Counted from the stretch's first letter, positions 44,582 to 53,837 are shown. The stretch is 64,000 nt of DNA from an uncultured Eubacteriales bacterium (GCA_900542005.1 UQLW01000010.1:6179-70178); one strand, 5' to 3'. Numbers and translations: made by a program. The notes: generated by a model not told the origin, from the sequence alone.

Positions 44582-46471
44582 TTAGTATGGCGGACAGAAG
44601 GGATTTTCATCCTTGGGCGGCAGGCAGCTGGGACGGTATCCCTGGCAGCTGTCCTCAGGCCATGGCGGACAGGCGGGCATCACGCGCTCATTGATAAAAT
44701 CAATTCCGCAAACGGGCTCATTTTTCAGTGTGACCACATACCGGTTGCATCCGACGCTCTGCCAGCCCTCCCGGGGCGCCTCGGTCACCCGGTAGCGCCC
44801 CCGCGGGAGCCCATCAAAGCAATAGCGGCCGCGGCAGTCGGTGACCTGGGAACGGAAGGGCGCTGCATCCTCGCGGTCCTGCTCCCGATGCAGGAGGATC
44901 CGCCAGCCGGGCACAGGACGCCCGGTGGGCGTGCGCTTCATGCCGCTGATGGAAGGGCCCTTACGAAACACATTGGTAAAGACCGGTACGCCGCTGAGCA
45001 GACCCTGAGGCCCATGGTAGATCACCGTTTGATCGCAGGGGCGGACGAATACCTGATACCGGGTCCGGTCCAGCTTCCAGCCGGATGCGGAGCAGCGGGG
45101 CTGCGCCTCCCGCATGATAAACCATTCCCCCTGGGGCTGCAGCGCGATACGGGGGATAAAGGTGAAGTGTACCCAGCCGGCGCTGTCGTTGCTGCCGCGC
45201 GCTACGGCGAAGCCATCGCTGCGCTCCAGCACAAATTCAAACTGCCCGGCCCGAAGCGTGCCGCCGCGCACCTGCTTATAGGCGCGCACCTGCAGGACGC
45301 CGGGCGGACAGGGCGGAGGCGACGGGGGACAGGGCGGAGGCGACGGGGGACAGGGTGGAGGCGATGGTGGGCAGGGTGGAGGCGATGGCGGACAGGGCGG
45401 AGGCGATGGTGGGCAGGGTGGAGGCGACGGGGGACAGGGCGGAGGCGATGGCGGACAGGGTGGAGGCGATGGCGGACAGGGTGGAGGCGATGGCGGGCAG
45501 GGTGGAGGTGATGGCGGACGGCAGGGTGGCTCCGGAGGCAGCCCCCTGGGGCAATTGACAAAGCGCGCATAGGGGGAGGGCAGAAGCTCCACGGCGAAGC
45601 TGAAGGCTTCGCCGGGCGCCGCCTGGCGGCCGCGCTGGGTGAAGGCGGCGTAGCCTTCCAGCACAAAGGGGCTGTTGGCGGGCGCATAATCGGCGGGCAG
45701 CATGGCGACACAGCGGCCCGGCCGCGCGGCAGCGGCGTCCGGTATGCGGGCGCCATTGAGGGTCAGGTTGGTCAGCGAGATCCCTGCCGCCTCCGGCAGG
45801 GTAAAGAGGAAGCTCACAGCGTCATACCGGCCTTGTCCCCGGGGGAGGCGGAGCTGGCTTTGGGCTCCCAGAAGCCGGGCGGTGAGGCAGAGCTGCTCCT
45901 GCCCGGAGAGGCCGGTTTCATAGGCCAGCTCCACGCAGAAGGGCACGCTTTGGCCCAGGGGGACAGGCTGATTGACCGGAGGAGCGGCGTATTCGTCGGA
46001 GCAAGCCTTCAAACCAAAGAAGTCCCGGGTAAAGACGGCCCGGGCGACGGGATAGCCGCGGCGGTAGCGGAAGACGACGCAGTCGCCCTGGGCGGCCAGT
46101 ATGCTTTGCCCAGGGCAGCCATTGTCCACACGAATGGCTTCCAGCCGGCTGCCGGGGACGGGCCGCTCCCGGATGGTAATGGGGAAGTCGTTGCCGGTCC
46201 AGGGGAAATCCGGACGGCCCTGGGCAAGCAGGTCGGCAATGGTTCGCCCCGTGCCGTCATCCAGCGGAGTATCCTCCACCTGGAAGCAGCCGCCGGGGCC
46301 GGTGGAGGTGTTGAGGCAAAAAGCCTTGCCGGCAAAGGTGAAATCCAGCTGGAAGGGCCAGCCCCGGGCTGGATTGTCAAGCTGCCAGGGGGAAATGGGG
46401 GGCTCCTCCAATACCTTGCAGATCCTGCTGGGCGGGAAGCGCTCCTGATAAAACCCATTGATACCGGTCAT
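44582..46471 (-). CDS. Cys/Pro-rich repeat protein with prealbumin-like (SpaA/SdrD-B-type) beta-sandwich domains and no signal peptide
   Basis: The ATG at 46471 follows an AAGGAAAGGAG RBS. The central region carries about 10-11 PPSPPPC heptads. The C-terminal segments GTLRAGQFEFVL...GWVHF and GRYCFDGLPRGRYRVTEAPREGW resemble pilin/Cna-B-like folds. The tail is Cys-rich. Confidence 0.7.
   Translation of the reverse strand: MTGINGFYQERFPPSRICKVLEEPPISPWQLDNPARGWPFQLDFTFAGKAFCLNTSTGPGGCFQVEDTPLDDGTGRTIADLLAQGRPDFPWTGNDFPITIRERPVPGSRLEAIRVDNGCPGQSILAAQGDCVVFRYRRGYPVARAVFTRDFFGLKACSDEYAAPPVNQPVPLGQSVPFCVELAYETGLSGQEQLCLTARLLGAQSQLRLPRGQGRYDAVSFLFTLPEAAGISLTNLTLNGARIPDAAAARPGRCVAMLPADYAPANSPFVLEGYAAFTQRGRQAAPGEAFSFAVELLPSPYARFVNCPRGLPPEPPCRPPSPPPCPPSPPPCPPSPPPCPPSPPPCPPSPPPCPPSPPPCPPSPPPCPPSPPPCPPSPPPCPPSPPPCPPGVLQVRAYKQVRGGTLRAGQFEFVLERSDGFAVARGSNDSAGWVHFTFIPRIALQPQGEWFIMREAQPRCSASGWKLDRTRYQVFVRPCDQTVIYHGPQGLLSGVPVFTNVFRKGPSISGMKRTPTGRPVPGWRILLHREQDREDAAPFRSQVTDCRGRYCFDGLPRGRYRVTEAPREGWQSVGCNRYVVTLKNEPVCGIDFINERVMPACPPWPEDSCQGYRPSCLPPKDENPFCPPY
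45306..45515. repeat. Ten tandem 21-bp repeats (coding)
   Basis: The units follow ggRcagggYggaggYgaYggB, starting at 45306, 45327, 45348 and so on up to 45495. Degenerate copies flank both ends. Confidence 0.9.
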
Positions 46472-46524
46472 GGGATCGATCTCCTTTCCTTGGGGTACGC
46501 GCGCAGGGACTGCGCGCATCCCTA

Positions 46525-46552
46525 TATCCTATGACCATGGAGGAAATGCGGT
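46525..46552 (-). promoter_or_regulatory. Sigma-K-like promoter candidate
   Basis: The minus strand reads AC, a 17-nt spacer and CATAGGATA (consensus AC-16/17-CATAnnnTA), about 55 nt upstream of the 46471 start. Confidence 0.3.
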
Positions 46553-46590
46553 TCCCAGGGCGCATTTTCTGTGCGGATAAGCGGGCGGTA

Positions 46591-46599
46591 TGGTATAAT
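46591..46599 (+). promoter_or_regulatory. Extended -10 promoter element
   Basis: The sequence TGGTATAAT lies about 35 nt upstream of the 46634 start. The -35 element is poor. Confidence 0.35.
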
Positions 46600-46633
46600 C
46601 ACAGCGGGACTCGACTGACAAGGAGGAAAGAAT

Positions 46634-47554
46634 ATGATTCGTCAGGCTGCTTTTGCCCAGGGAGCCAGGCTCCTCAAGGGCGCGCTGCATTGCCACACCA
46701 CCCGCTCGGACGGCGCCGGTACGCCGGAGGAGACGATCCGCTACCACGCGCAGCATGGCTACGATTTTATGGCGCTGACCGATCACCGGGTGTATAACTA
46801 TACCAACTTCGCCCCTGACGCCGGCGTTACCCTGATCCCCGGTATGGAGATGGACCGGAACCTTCCCGGCCCCGGCATCCACTGCCACCATATCGTGACG
46901 ATCGGGCCGGAAAAAGCGCGGGGCAACGGCTTTTCCCAGGATCAGCGCTTTGAGAGCGCGCAGATCACCACGGCGGACGAATGCCAGCAAATGCTGGATA
47001 TGCTCCATGAGAACGGGAATATGACGATTTACTGCCATCCCCAGTGGAGCGGCGTGTCGGCCCGGGAGTTTGAGGGGCTCAAGGGCAACTTTGCCATGGA
47101 AATATGGAACAGCGGCTGCGCTATGGAGGACGGCGTGGATACCAACGCCGCCTACTGGGACGAGCTGCTGGCGCAGGGGCAGGTGATCTATGGCGTGGCC
47201 ACTGACGACGGCCATTCGATGCGCCAGCACTGCAACGGCTGGGTGCGGGTGAACAGTGCCAACAGGGTGGACGATATCCTGCAGGCGCTGAAGGCCGGCG
47301 CCTTCTATTCCTCCTGCGGGCCGGAGATCTACGATTTCCGGGTCGAGGACGGGCAGGCGTATATCGAATGCTCCCCGGTTCAGCGCATCCAATTCCGCCA
47401 TTTCCGGGCACCCTATCACCTCATTGAGGGCGAGGATGGAGCCAGCGTGACTTCGGGCTCCATCAAGATTTGGGAGGGCACCGGCTATATCCGCGCCGTG
47501 GTAACCGATGAAGCCGGGCGCCGGGCATGGACGAACCCCATCTTCTTTGTATAA
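46634..47554 (+). CDS. PHP-domain metallohydrolase (CehA/McbA-like)
   Basis: The motifs LKGALHCHTTRSDG and FMALTDH are present, with later His/Asp motifs. Confidence 0.8.
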   Translation: MIRQAAFAQGARLLKGALHCHTTRSDGAGTPEETIRYHAQHGYDFMALTDHRVYNYTNFAPDAGVTLIPGMEMDRNLPGPGIHCHHIVTIGPEKARGNGFSQDQRFESAQITTADECQQMLDMLHENGNMTIYCHPQWSGVSAREFEGLKGNFAMEIWNSGCAMEDGVDTNAAYWDELLAQGQVIYGVATDDGHSMRQHCNGWVRVNSANRVDDILQALKAGAFYSSCGPEIYDFRVEDGQAYIECSPVQRIQFRHFRAPYHLIEGEDGASVTSGSIKIWEGTGYIRAVVTDEAGRRAWTNPIFFV

Positions 47555-47594
47555 TGGCCGGGACGGACAGCCGCCATTTGGTTACACAAAAAAA

Positions 47595-47625
47595 CAAGCC
47601 GCAGGGGAGAAGCTCCTGCGGCTTG
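47595..47625. terminator. Bidirectional terminator hairpin
   Basis: An A-run, the stem caagccgcagg/cctgcggcttg and ctgctttc lie between convergent genes. Confidence 0.55.
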
Positions 47626-47684
47626 CTGCTTTCAGGCGGGCGGGAAAGGGCCAGGGACGTTCCCCTGGGCTGCGCCGGGAGGGA

Positions 47685-48689
47685 TTATTCCGCATCCAGA
47701 CCAGGCGTAAGGCTGGAGGAACCAAAGATCAGCATATCGGGGATGCGGCGCTGGCCGTTGGTGGTTTCGCCCTGGTGGGTGTTGAGCTGTTCGCCCATAA
47801 AGACCATGGCGGTAGACTGACCGCCGTCCAGGTTATAGGCGGTTACGCAGCCCTGATCCACGAATTCCTGGGCCAGCCGCTCCAGGGTGACGCCGCGGCT
47901 TACGCCGGGCTTGCGCCCGTCCACCAGGATGCCCACATAATGGCCGTTTTCTACCATACCAAAGGCGCCCCGGGGGTTGTTGCGGAAAAGGTTATGGCCG
48001 GACAGGCCCTCGGCGATCCGGCCGTCCTCCACCAGGATGGGGCCGAAGCTGAAGGTATTCTCAATGCCCAGATTCTGGAAATCCTCCACGGAATAGGGGT
48101 CCCGGCCGCGCTTAAAGACCCGCAGCGCGCCGTCGGGCATAAAGGCCATGGTATCGGGCCCCAGCTTTTCCTTGTATACGGTTCCGTTGCGGATATCCGG
48201 CCCCAAATCCTCATTCCAGGAATCATGGAAATAATTGGCGTTCTGCCCGTAAACAGCCTGATATTTCCGGGCGAGCTCTTCGGGCATTCCGGTGGAGCGA
48301 CCCTTCTTCTCGTCCAGCAGGCCGCTGATCATGTTCTGTGTGTCCCTGGAGTAAATGTGCGCGATATAGAACCAGCTGCCGCAGTCCTCCTTATAGGACT
48401 TTTCTATGAATACGCCCAGCGTGGGGCCGCGATAGCGCCAGGACTGATCCTCCACAATGGATACCTCCTCCTTCATGGAGAAGAACTGGGCCCAGGGATC
48501 CGGCGTGGGCGTAGGGCTGGGTGTGGGCGTTGGCCTGGGCGTAGGCGTGGGGCTGGGCGTGGGCGCCGGGGTGGATGTCACGGCCGGCGTGGATGGCTCA
48601 GGCGTGGGCCCCCCATCGGCTGGCTGTGAGCCGCAGCCGCCGCAGGCCAGCAATCCAGCGAGCATAACAGATAACATCATTTTTCGCAT
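47685..48689 (-). CDS. Lipoprotein of the phosphodiester glycosidase (NAGPA-like, DUF2233) family with a Pro/Thr linker
   Basis: The lipobox is LLACGGCGS, the PT-rich linker is TPAPTPSPTPTPRPTPTPSPTPTPDP, and the C-terminal motif is YNLDGGQST. Confidence 0.75.
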   Translation of the reverse strand: MRKMMLSVMLAGLLACGGCGSQPADGGPTPEPSTPAVTSTPAPTPSPTPTPRPTPTPSPTPTPDPWAQFFSMKEEVSIVEDQSWRYRGPTLGVFIEKSYKEDCGSWFYIAHIYSRDTQNMISGLLDEKKGRSTGMPEELARKYQAVYGQNANYFHDSWNEDLGPDIRNGTVYKEKLGPDTMAFMPDGALRVFKRGRDPYSVEDFQNLGIENTFSFGPILVEDGRIAEGLSGHNLFRNNPRGAFGMVENGHYVGILVDGRKPGVSRGVTLERLAQEFVDQGCVTAYNLDGGQSTAMVFMGEQLNTHQGETTNGQRRIPDMLIFGSSSLTPGLDAE

Positions 48690-48845
48690 CGGTCGGTCTT
48701 CCCTTCTTCCTTGCTGCCATTTTGGACGGAAAAAAAGGAGGATTTTTCGCCGGAAAAGAAAAATATTCCAAGAAAAAAGGGAAAACAGGCGATGAAACGC
48801 AAAAAGCCGGGCAAAGCCCGGCTATCGCAAACGCTTATGCTGCGG

Positions 48846-49817
48846 TTAATCGTCGTAATGGCACAGGAATTGGGCATAGCGGGTTTTCAGCAGGTTCAGC
48901 TCGTCCTCCGGAAGCTGGCTGCGCCCCTTCAGCGCCACCTCGACCACGCCGCCCATGATCGGCTCAAAAATGGGACGCCGTACCGGGGTCTGAGGCTGCT
49001 CGGCATGGATCAGCGCGGCAAAATGCTCGAACATCACCGGTGCGCCCTTCCAGGCGGAGCCTGCAATGACGACGGGCACGGAAGGATCGAGCTTCTTATT
49101 GCGGTACATGGCCAGGCACTGGCGGGCCAGGATACCGGCCGCGTCCTTGTATACCTGGATTGCGGCCTCATCGCCCATACGGGCGGCGCGGCCGACCAGG
49201 GGAGAGAGGGAGGAAAGCTCCACCCGCATGGAGCGGCCATGGAACACCCGGGGCACGACGCCCCACAGCGCGTCCAGCTCCCATTCCTTGATGATCATAT
49301 CCTCGAGGATGGTAGCCGGGCCCCAGCCGTCATGGCCGGCGATGGCCGCGCTGACGCCATGCTGCCCGATCCAGCAGCCGGAGCCCTCGTCGCCGATAAA
49401 GCCGCCCCAGCCGCCGGTTACATATTTGGCCTCGCCGTCCACATAGTCGACACGGGAGCCGGTGCCGGAGAGCACCGACACGCCGCGGCTGGCGGCAAGG
49501 CCGGCATATACGCCGTTAAAGCCCTCGGAAAGGGCCTCAAAACCGCTGCTTTTCAGTACAGCCTTTTCCCGCAGGATCTTCTCAGCCTCGGGATAGGGAC
49601 CGGGGCCGGCGATAAAGAAGCGATCCACCTGGCTGACGCCGGCGGCCGCCAAGCAGCCGTGGATACAGGCGGTCAGGTGCTCCTTGACCACCTCCATGCT
49701 CTCGAAATTGGTGTTCATTCCGCCGCTGCGGCCCATGCCCAGCAGGTTAAGGTCTTCGTCAAAAAGGATGGCGAGCGTTTTGGTGCCGCCGCCGTCCAGC
49801 GCCATAATGGTAGACAT
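48846..49817 (-). CDS. BadF/BadG/BcrA/BcrD-type ATPase (N-acetylglucosamine-kinase-like)
   Basis: The N-terminus is MSTIMALDGGGTKT, with later GTGS and GGWG motifs. The ATG at 49817 follows a GGGGAG RBS. Confidence 0.75.
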   Translation of the reverse strand: MSTIMALDGGGTKTLAILFDEDLNLLGMGRSGGMNTNFESMEVVKEHLTACIHGCLAAAGVSQVDRFFIAGPGPYPEAEKILREKAVLKSSGFEALSEGFNGVYAGLAASRGVSVLSGTGSRVDYVDGEAKYVTGGWGGFIGDEGSGCWIGQHGVSAAIAGHDGWGPATILEDMIIKEWELDALWGVVPRVFHGRSMRVELSSLSPLVGRAARMGDEAAIQVYKDAAGILARQCLAMYRNKKLDPSVPVVIAGSAWKGAPVMFEHFAALIHAEQPQTPVRRPIFEPIMGGVVEVALKGRSQLPEDELNLLKTRYAQFLCHYDD

Positions 49818-50070
49818 GCATTTCTCCCCTGTTCTCATTGCGCGGCGCTCCGCGCTTTACTTTGATTTTACCCCAAGAAAGGGTATCACGTCCCTGCCCG
49901 CCCGTCAATGCCCGCGGGCCGCGAAAACATTCATAATATTGACTATTCATTCACGGCATTGACATAAGCATCTAATTTTATGACGGGGGCGCGGCGGCAT
50001 TTTTGGCAATCCGCGGTATATGGGCAGAGGATTTTTGCTGATATACTAAAGAAAAAGGAGGATACAGCCT

Positions 50071-51807
50071 ATGGAAAAGCTTTTACTTGCCGATCAGGGG
50101 CGGGCGCAGCTGCCGATCCAGCTTAACCCGGAGGCCTGCCCGGGCCAGGAGCGGGCGGCTGGCGAGCTGGCCCACTATCTGCGGCGGATTACGGGCGCGG
50201 ACTTTGCAATCGAGCGCGGGACGCTCTCGGAGGGCGTGATCGCGCTGGCCATAGACCCCTCGCTGGAAGAGGAGGCCTTTTGCATTGAGATAACCGGCCG
50301 GGGGCTGTCCCTTGCCGGCGGCAGCCTGCGGGGGCTGTTCTATAGCGTGTACGGCTTCCTGGAGGATGTGCTGGGCGTAGGCTTCTACACCCACGACGTG
50401 ACGAAGATACCCCGCGCCCCGCGGCTGGAGCTAACGGCGGGCATCCTTCGGGATAAGCCAGCCTTGGAATACCGGCAGCTGGATGGAACCCTGGAGTATT
50501 TGCCCGATTGGCGGGCCCACAACCGGCTCAACGCCGCGCGGACCGATGCGGCCGGCGCGCCGGTGGCGTCTCTGGAGCGCTATGGCGGCGGCAAGTCCTA
50601 TTCGCTCTTTGTGCATACCTTCGATACCCTGGTGCCGGCGGCGCAATATTTTGACGAGCATCCCGAATACTATGCCATGATCGACGGGAAGCGGCGGCGG
50701 GAGGAAACGCAGCTGTGCCTGACCAATCCCGAGGTGCTGGCCATCGCCATCGAGAGCGTGCGGCAGAACCTGCGGGCCCATCCGGAGGCCACCATCATCT
50801 CCGTATCCCAGAATGACTGGTACAACCCCTGCCAGTGCCCGGAATGCGCCCGCGTGGACGCGGAGGAGGGCAGCCATGCAGGCACGCTGATCCGCTTTGT
50901 CAATGCCGTGGCCGAGGCGATTGAGGATGAGTTCCCCCATGTGGTGGTGGATACGCTGGCCTATCAATACACCCGCATGCCGCCGAAGCTCACCCGGCCC
51001 CGGCACAACGTGTGCGTGCGGCTGTGCTCCATCGAGTGCTGCTTCGGCCACCCGCTGGAGGCATGCAACCGGGTTGTGGGCCCCTTTGTCCGGTGGCATA
51101 CGCCGGGCGCCCCGACCTTCCAGGAGGACCTTGCCGGCTGGGGGAAGATCTGTGACCGGGTCTATATCTGGGACTATGTGACCAATTTCGCCCAGTACTG
51201 GCTGCCCTTCCCTAATTTCCATGTAATCGGGCCCAATATGCGGTTCTTTGTGAAAAACGGCGTCAAGGGCGTCTATGAGGAGGGCAACTACCACAGCCCC
51301 AGCCCCGACCTTAACGAGCTGCGGCAGTGGCTGCTGGCCAAGCTGATGTGGAACCCGGACTTTGACGTGAAGCAGGGCATCTATGACTTCACAGAGGCGG
51401 TATATGGCCCGGCGGCGGGCGAGATCCGCGCCTACATGGAGCTAATGGAAAAACGGGTGACCGAGGGGAATATCCACTTTGGCATCTATGAGCGGGCCGA
51501 TGTGGCCTACCTGGACGAGGCGACGCTCTCCCGCGCCCAGGCGCTGATGGCGGCGGCCCGGGCCAAGGAGCTGACGCTCTCCCAGCGGAACTATGTGGAA
51601 AAGGCGGCGCTTTCGGTGGAGTACGCCGCGGTGGCCCAGGGGCTGCTGCAGGGGAACCGGGATGTGGAGCGCATCGACGCCATGATGGAGAAGGCCCGGG
51701 CTTTGGGCATCACCGAGCTGTGCGAATTCCTCCGGTGGGACGAGGTCTACGACCAGATGCTGGGCATCGGGCATCATATGCGGAACCTGTTCGCACCGGC
51801 GCGGTGA
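50071..51807 (+). CDS. DUF4838-like glycan-active protein (paralogue 1)
   Basis: The N-terminal pattern LLLADQG.A.LPI.L...ACPGQ..AAGELAHYL.RITGADF and a CQCPEC Cys cluster are present. The product is 578 aa. Confidence 0.65.
   Translation: MEKLLLADQGRAQLPIQLNPEACPGQERAAGELAHYLRRITGADFAIERGTLSEGVIALAIDPSLEEEAFCIEITGRGLSLAGGSLRGLFYSVYGFLEDVLGVGFYTHDVTKIPRAPRLELTAGILRDKPALEYRQLDGTLEYLPDWRAHNRLNAARTDAAGAPVASLERYGGGKSYSLFVHTFDTLVPAAQYFDEHPEYYAMIDGKRRREETQLCLTNPEVLAIAIESVRQNLRAHPEATIISVSQNDWYNPCQCPECARVDAEEGSHAGTLIRFVNAVAEAIEDEFPHVVVDTLAYQYTRMPPKLTRPRHNVCVRLCSIECCFGHPLEACNRVVGPFVRWHTPGAPTFQEDLAGWGKICDRVYIWDYVTNFAQYWLPFPNFHVIGPNMRFFVKNGVKGVYEEGNYHSPSPDLNELRQWLLAKLMWNPDFDVKQGIYDFTEAVYGPAAGEIRAYMELMEKRVTEGNIHFGIYERADVAYLDEATLSRAQALMAAARAKELTLSQRNYVEKAALSVEYAAVAQGLLQGNRDVERIDAMMEKARALGITELCEFLRWDEVYDQMLGIGHHMRNLFAPAR
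50707..51059. repeat. 353-bp tract 100% identical to 52639-52991
   Basis: My base-by-base comparison found identity from acgcagctgtgcctg through cacccgctgga, at an offset of 1932 bp. The flanking paralogous sequence is clearly diverged. Confidence 0.9.
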
Positions 51808-51846
51808 TCCGGCGGCTGGCGCGCTGCTTTTCGCCATATTTTCACC

Positions 51847-51887
51847 CGTGCAAAGGGCCGGCGCATCATGCGCCGGCCCTTTGCACG
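51847..51887 (+). terminator. Perfect 20-bp palindrome (terminator or attenuator candidate)
   Basis: The arm cgtgcaaagggccggcgcat, one central c and the arm atgcgccggccctttgcacg lie between the two DUF4838 paralogues. No clear T-run follows. Confidence 0.45.
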
Positions 51888-52002
51888 CCATGGAGGCAGT
51901 TACCACGGAAGGTCAAAATGTTCATCTTGTGGGCGGCCGCGGCCGGGGTGTATACTGAGCTTGGCCCCCTGCGGGGCAAGCGGACAAAAAGAGGTGGAAA
52001 AA

Positions 52003-53715
52003 ATGACGAAGCTTTTACTTGCGGATCAAGGGCAGGCCAAGCTGCCCATCCTGCTGGAGGCGGGCGCATGCCCGGGACAGCGCACGGCGGCCGGGGAGCT
52101 GGCCCATTACCTCAAGCGCATCACCGGCGCGGATTTCGAGCTGAAAGAGGGCGCCCATCCAGGCGATGCCATCGCCCTGAAGGTGGATGGGGCGCTGCCG
52201 GAGGAGGGCTTCCGGCTGAAGACTGGAAACGGCGGGCTCACCATTGCCGGCGGCAGCCTGCGGGGACTTTTCTATGGGGTGTACGGCTTTCTGGAGGATG
52301 TGCTGGGCGTGGGCTTTTATGCCCATGATGTGACCCGCATCCCCACGGTGGAGCGCCTGGAGCTGGAGGAGTTGGATATAAGCGATCAGCCGGCCCTGGA
52401 ATTCCGGCAGCTGGATAACCCCATGAACGACTACGCCGACTGGCGGGCCCATAACCGGCTCAACGGGCCGGATCATAACCATGTATCGGCGGTAAAGGAC
52501 GGCCTGAACCACTTTGGCGGGATGAAGTCCTATTCGCTCTTTGTGCATACCTTTAACCGGCTGGTGCCGGTGGAGCAGTATTTTGACCAGCATCCGGAGT
52601 ATTTTTCCATGGTGGACGGCCAGCGGATCCGCGAGCGGACGCAGCTGTGCCTGACCAATCCCGAGGTGCTGGCCATCGCCATCGAGAGCGTGCGGCAGAA
52701 CCTGCGGGCCCATCCGGAGGCCACCATCATCTCCGTATCCCAGAATGACTGGTACAACCCCTGCCAGTGCCCGGAATGCGCCCGCGTGGACGCGGAGGAG
52801 GGCAGCCATGCAGGCACGCTGATCCGCTTTGTCAATGCCGTGGCCGAGGCGATTGAGGATGAGTTCCCCCATGTGGTGGTGGATACGCTGGCCTATCAAT
52901 ACACCCGCATGCCGCCGAAGCTCACCCGGCCCCGGCACAACGTGTGCGTGCGGCTGTGCTCCATCGAGTGCTGCTTCGGCCACCCGCTGGAAACCTGCGA
53001 CCGGGTGACCGGCAGCTACTCCCACAACAGCAAGACCAGCGCCGCCAGCTTCCAGGAGGATCTCATCGGCTGGGGGAAGATCTGCGACCGGATCTATATC
53101 TGGGACTATGTGACCAACTTCCGCCACTACTGGCTGCCCTTCCCCAACTTCCATGTGCTGGGCCCCAATATGCAGTTCTTCGTGAAGAACGGCGTCAAGG
53201 GCGTCTATGAGGAGGGCAACTACCAGTCGGTGAGCCCCGATCTCTTTGAGCTGCGGGGATGGCTGATGGCCAAGCTTTTGTGGAACCCGGACTTTGACGT
53301 GAAGCAGGGCATATACGACTTTACAGAGGCGGTATACGGCCCGGCGGCGGGCGAGATCCGCGCCTATATCGAGCTGCTGGAAAAGCGGGTGACCGAAGGG
53401 AACATCCACTTTGGTATCTACGAGGGGCCGGACGTGGCCTACCTGGACGAGGCGACAATGGCCCGTGCCCAGGAGCTGATGGCGGCGGCCCAGGCCAAGG
53501 AGCTGACGCTGTCCCAGCGGATCTATGTGGAAAAGGCGGCGCTTTCGGTGGAATTCGCCGCGGTAGGCCAGCAGATCCTGAAGGGTCAGGTGGACGCTGC
53601 GCGCATTGATGCCATGATGGACAAGGGCCGCACCCTGGGGATCACCTACATCAGCGAGGGCTGCCCCTGGGATCTGGCCCATGAAGGCATGCTGCAGGGT
53701 AAGCTGTACCGGTAA
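52003..53715 (+). CDS. DUF4838-like glycan-active protein (paralogue 2)
   Basis: The ATG at 52003 follows a GAGGTGGA RBS. The product is collinear with paralogue 1. Confidence 0.65.
   Translation: MTKLLLADQGQAKLPILLEAGACPGQRTAAGELAHYLKRITGADFELKEGAHPGDAIALKVDGALPEEGFRLKTGNGGLTIAGGSLRGLFYGVYGFLEDVLGVGFYAHDVTRIPTVERLELEELDISDQPALEFRQLDNPMNDYADWRAHNRLNGPDHNHVSAVKDGLNHFGGMKSYSLFVHTFNRLVPVEQYFDQHPEYFSMVDGQRIRERTQLCLTNPEVLAIAIESVRQNLRAHPEATIISVSQNDWYNPCQCPECARVDAEEGSHAGTLIRFVNAVAEAIEDEFPHVVVDTLAYQYTRMPPKLTRPRHNVCVRLCSIECCFGHPLETCDRVTGSYSHNSKTSAASFQEDLIGWGKICDRIYIWDYVTNFRHYWLPFPNFHVLGPNMQFFVKNGVKGVYEEGNYQSVSPDLFELRGWLMAKLLWNPDFDVKQGIYDFTEAVYGPAAGEIRAYIELLEKRVTEGNIHFGIYEGPDVAYLDEATMARAQELMAAAQAKELTLSQRIYVEKAALSVEFAAVGQQILKGQVDAARIDAMMDKGRTLGITYISEGCPWDLAHEGMLQGKLYR
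52639..52991. repeat. 353-bp tract 100% identical to 50707-51059
   Basis: See the partner repeat feature. Confidence 0.9.
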
Positions 53716-53735
53716 AGCGCCCCAGCGGGAATATA

Positions 53736-53770
53736 GGGGCAGCGGCGCCGCCGCTGCCCCTTTGCCCTTT
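53736..53770 (+). terminator. Rho-independent terminator
   Basis: An 11-bp GC stem (ggggcagcggc pairs with gccgctgcccc) is followed by tttgcccttt. Confidence 0.6.
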
Positions 53771-53837
53771 ATCCAGCCGGCGGGCAAAGCGTTCCGTGAA
53801 CCGTATGGCGCTCCGGCGCCAAGAAGGAGGAATATCG

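Noticed and set aside
44888-45756. These are an Arg/Trp/Gly-rich plus ORF (44888-45511) and a His/Arg/Pro-rich minus ORF (45202-45756) across the 21-bp repeat array.
   Set aside because: They are alternative-frame read-throughs of the tandem repeat. The PPSPPPC frame is contiguous with structured flanking domains and has an RBS.
52015-53787. These are a 590-aa minus-strand ORF here and the 287-aa minus-strand ORF at 50431-51294.
   Set aside because: Both are antisense shadows of the two DUF4838-like paralogues. Their mutual similarity simply mirrors the sense-strand paralogy.
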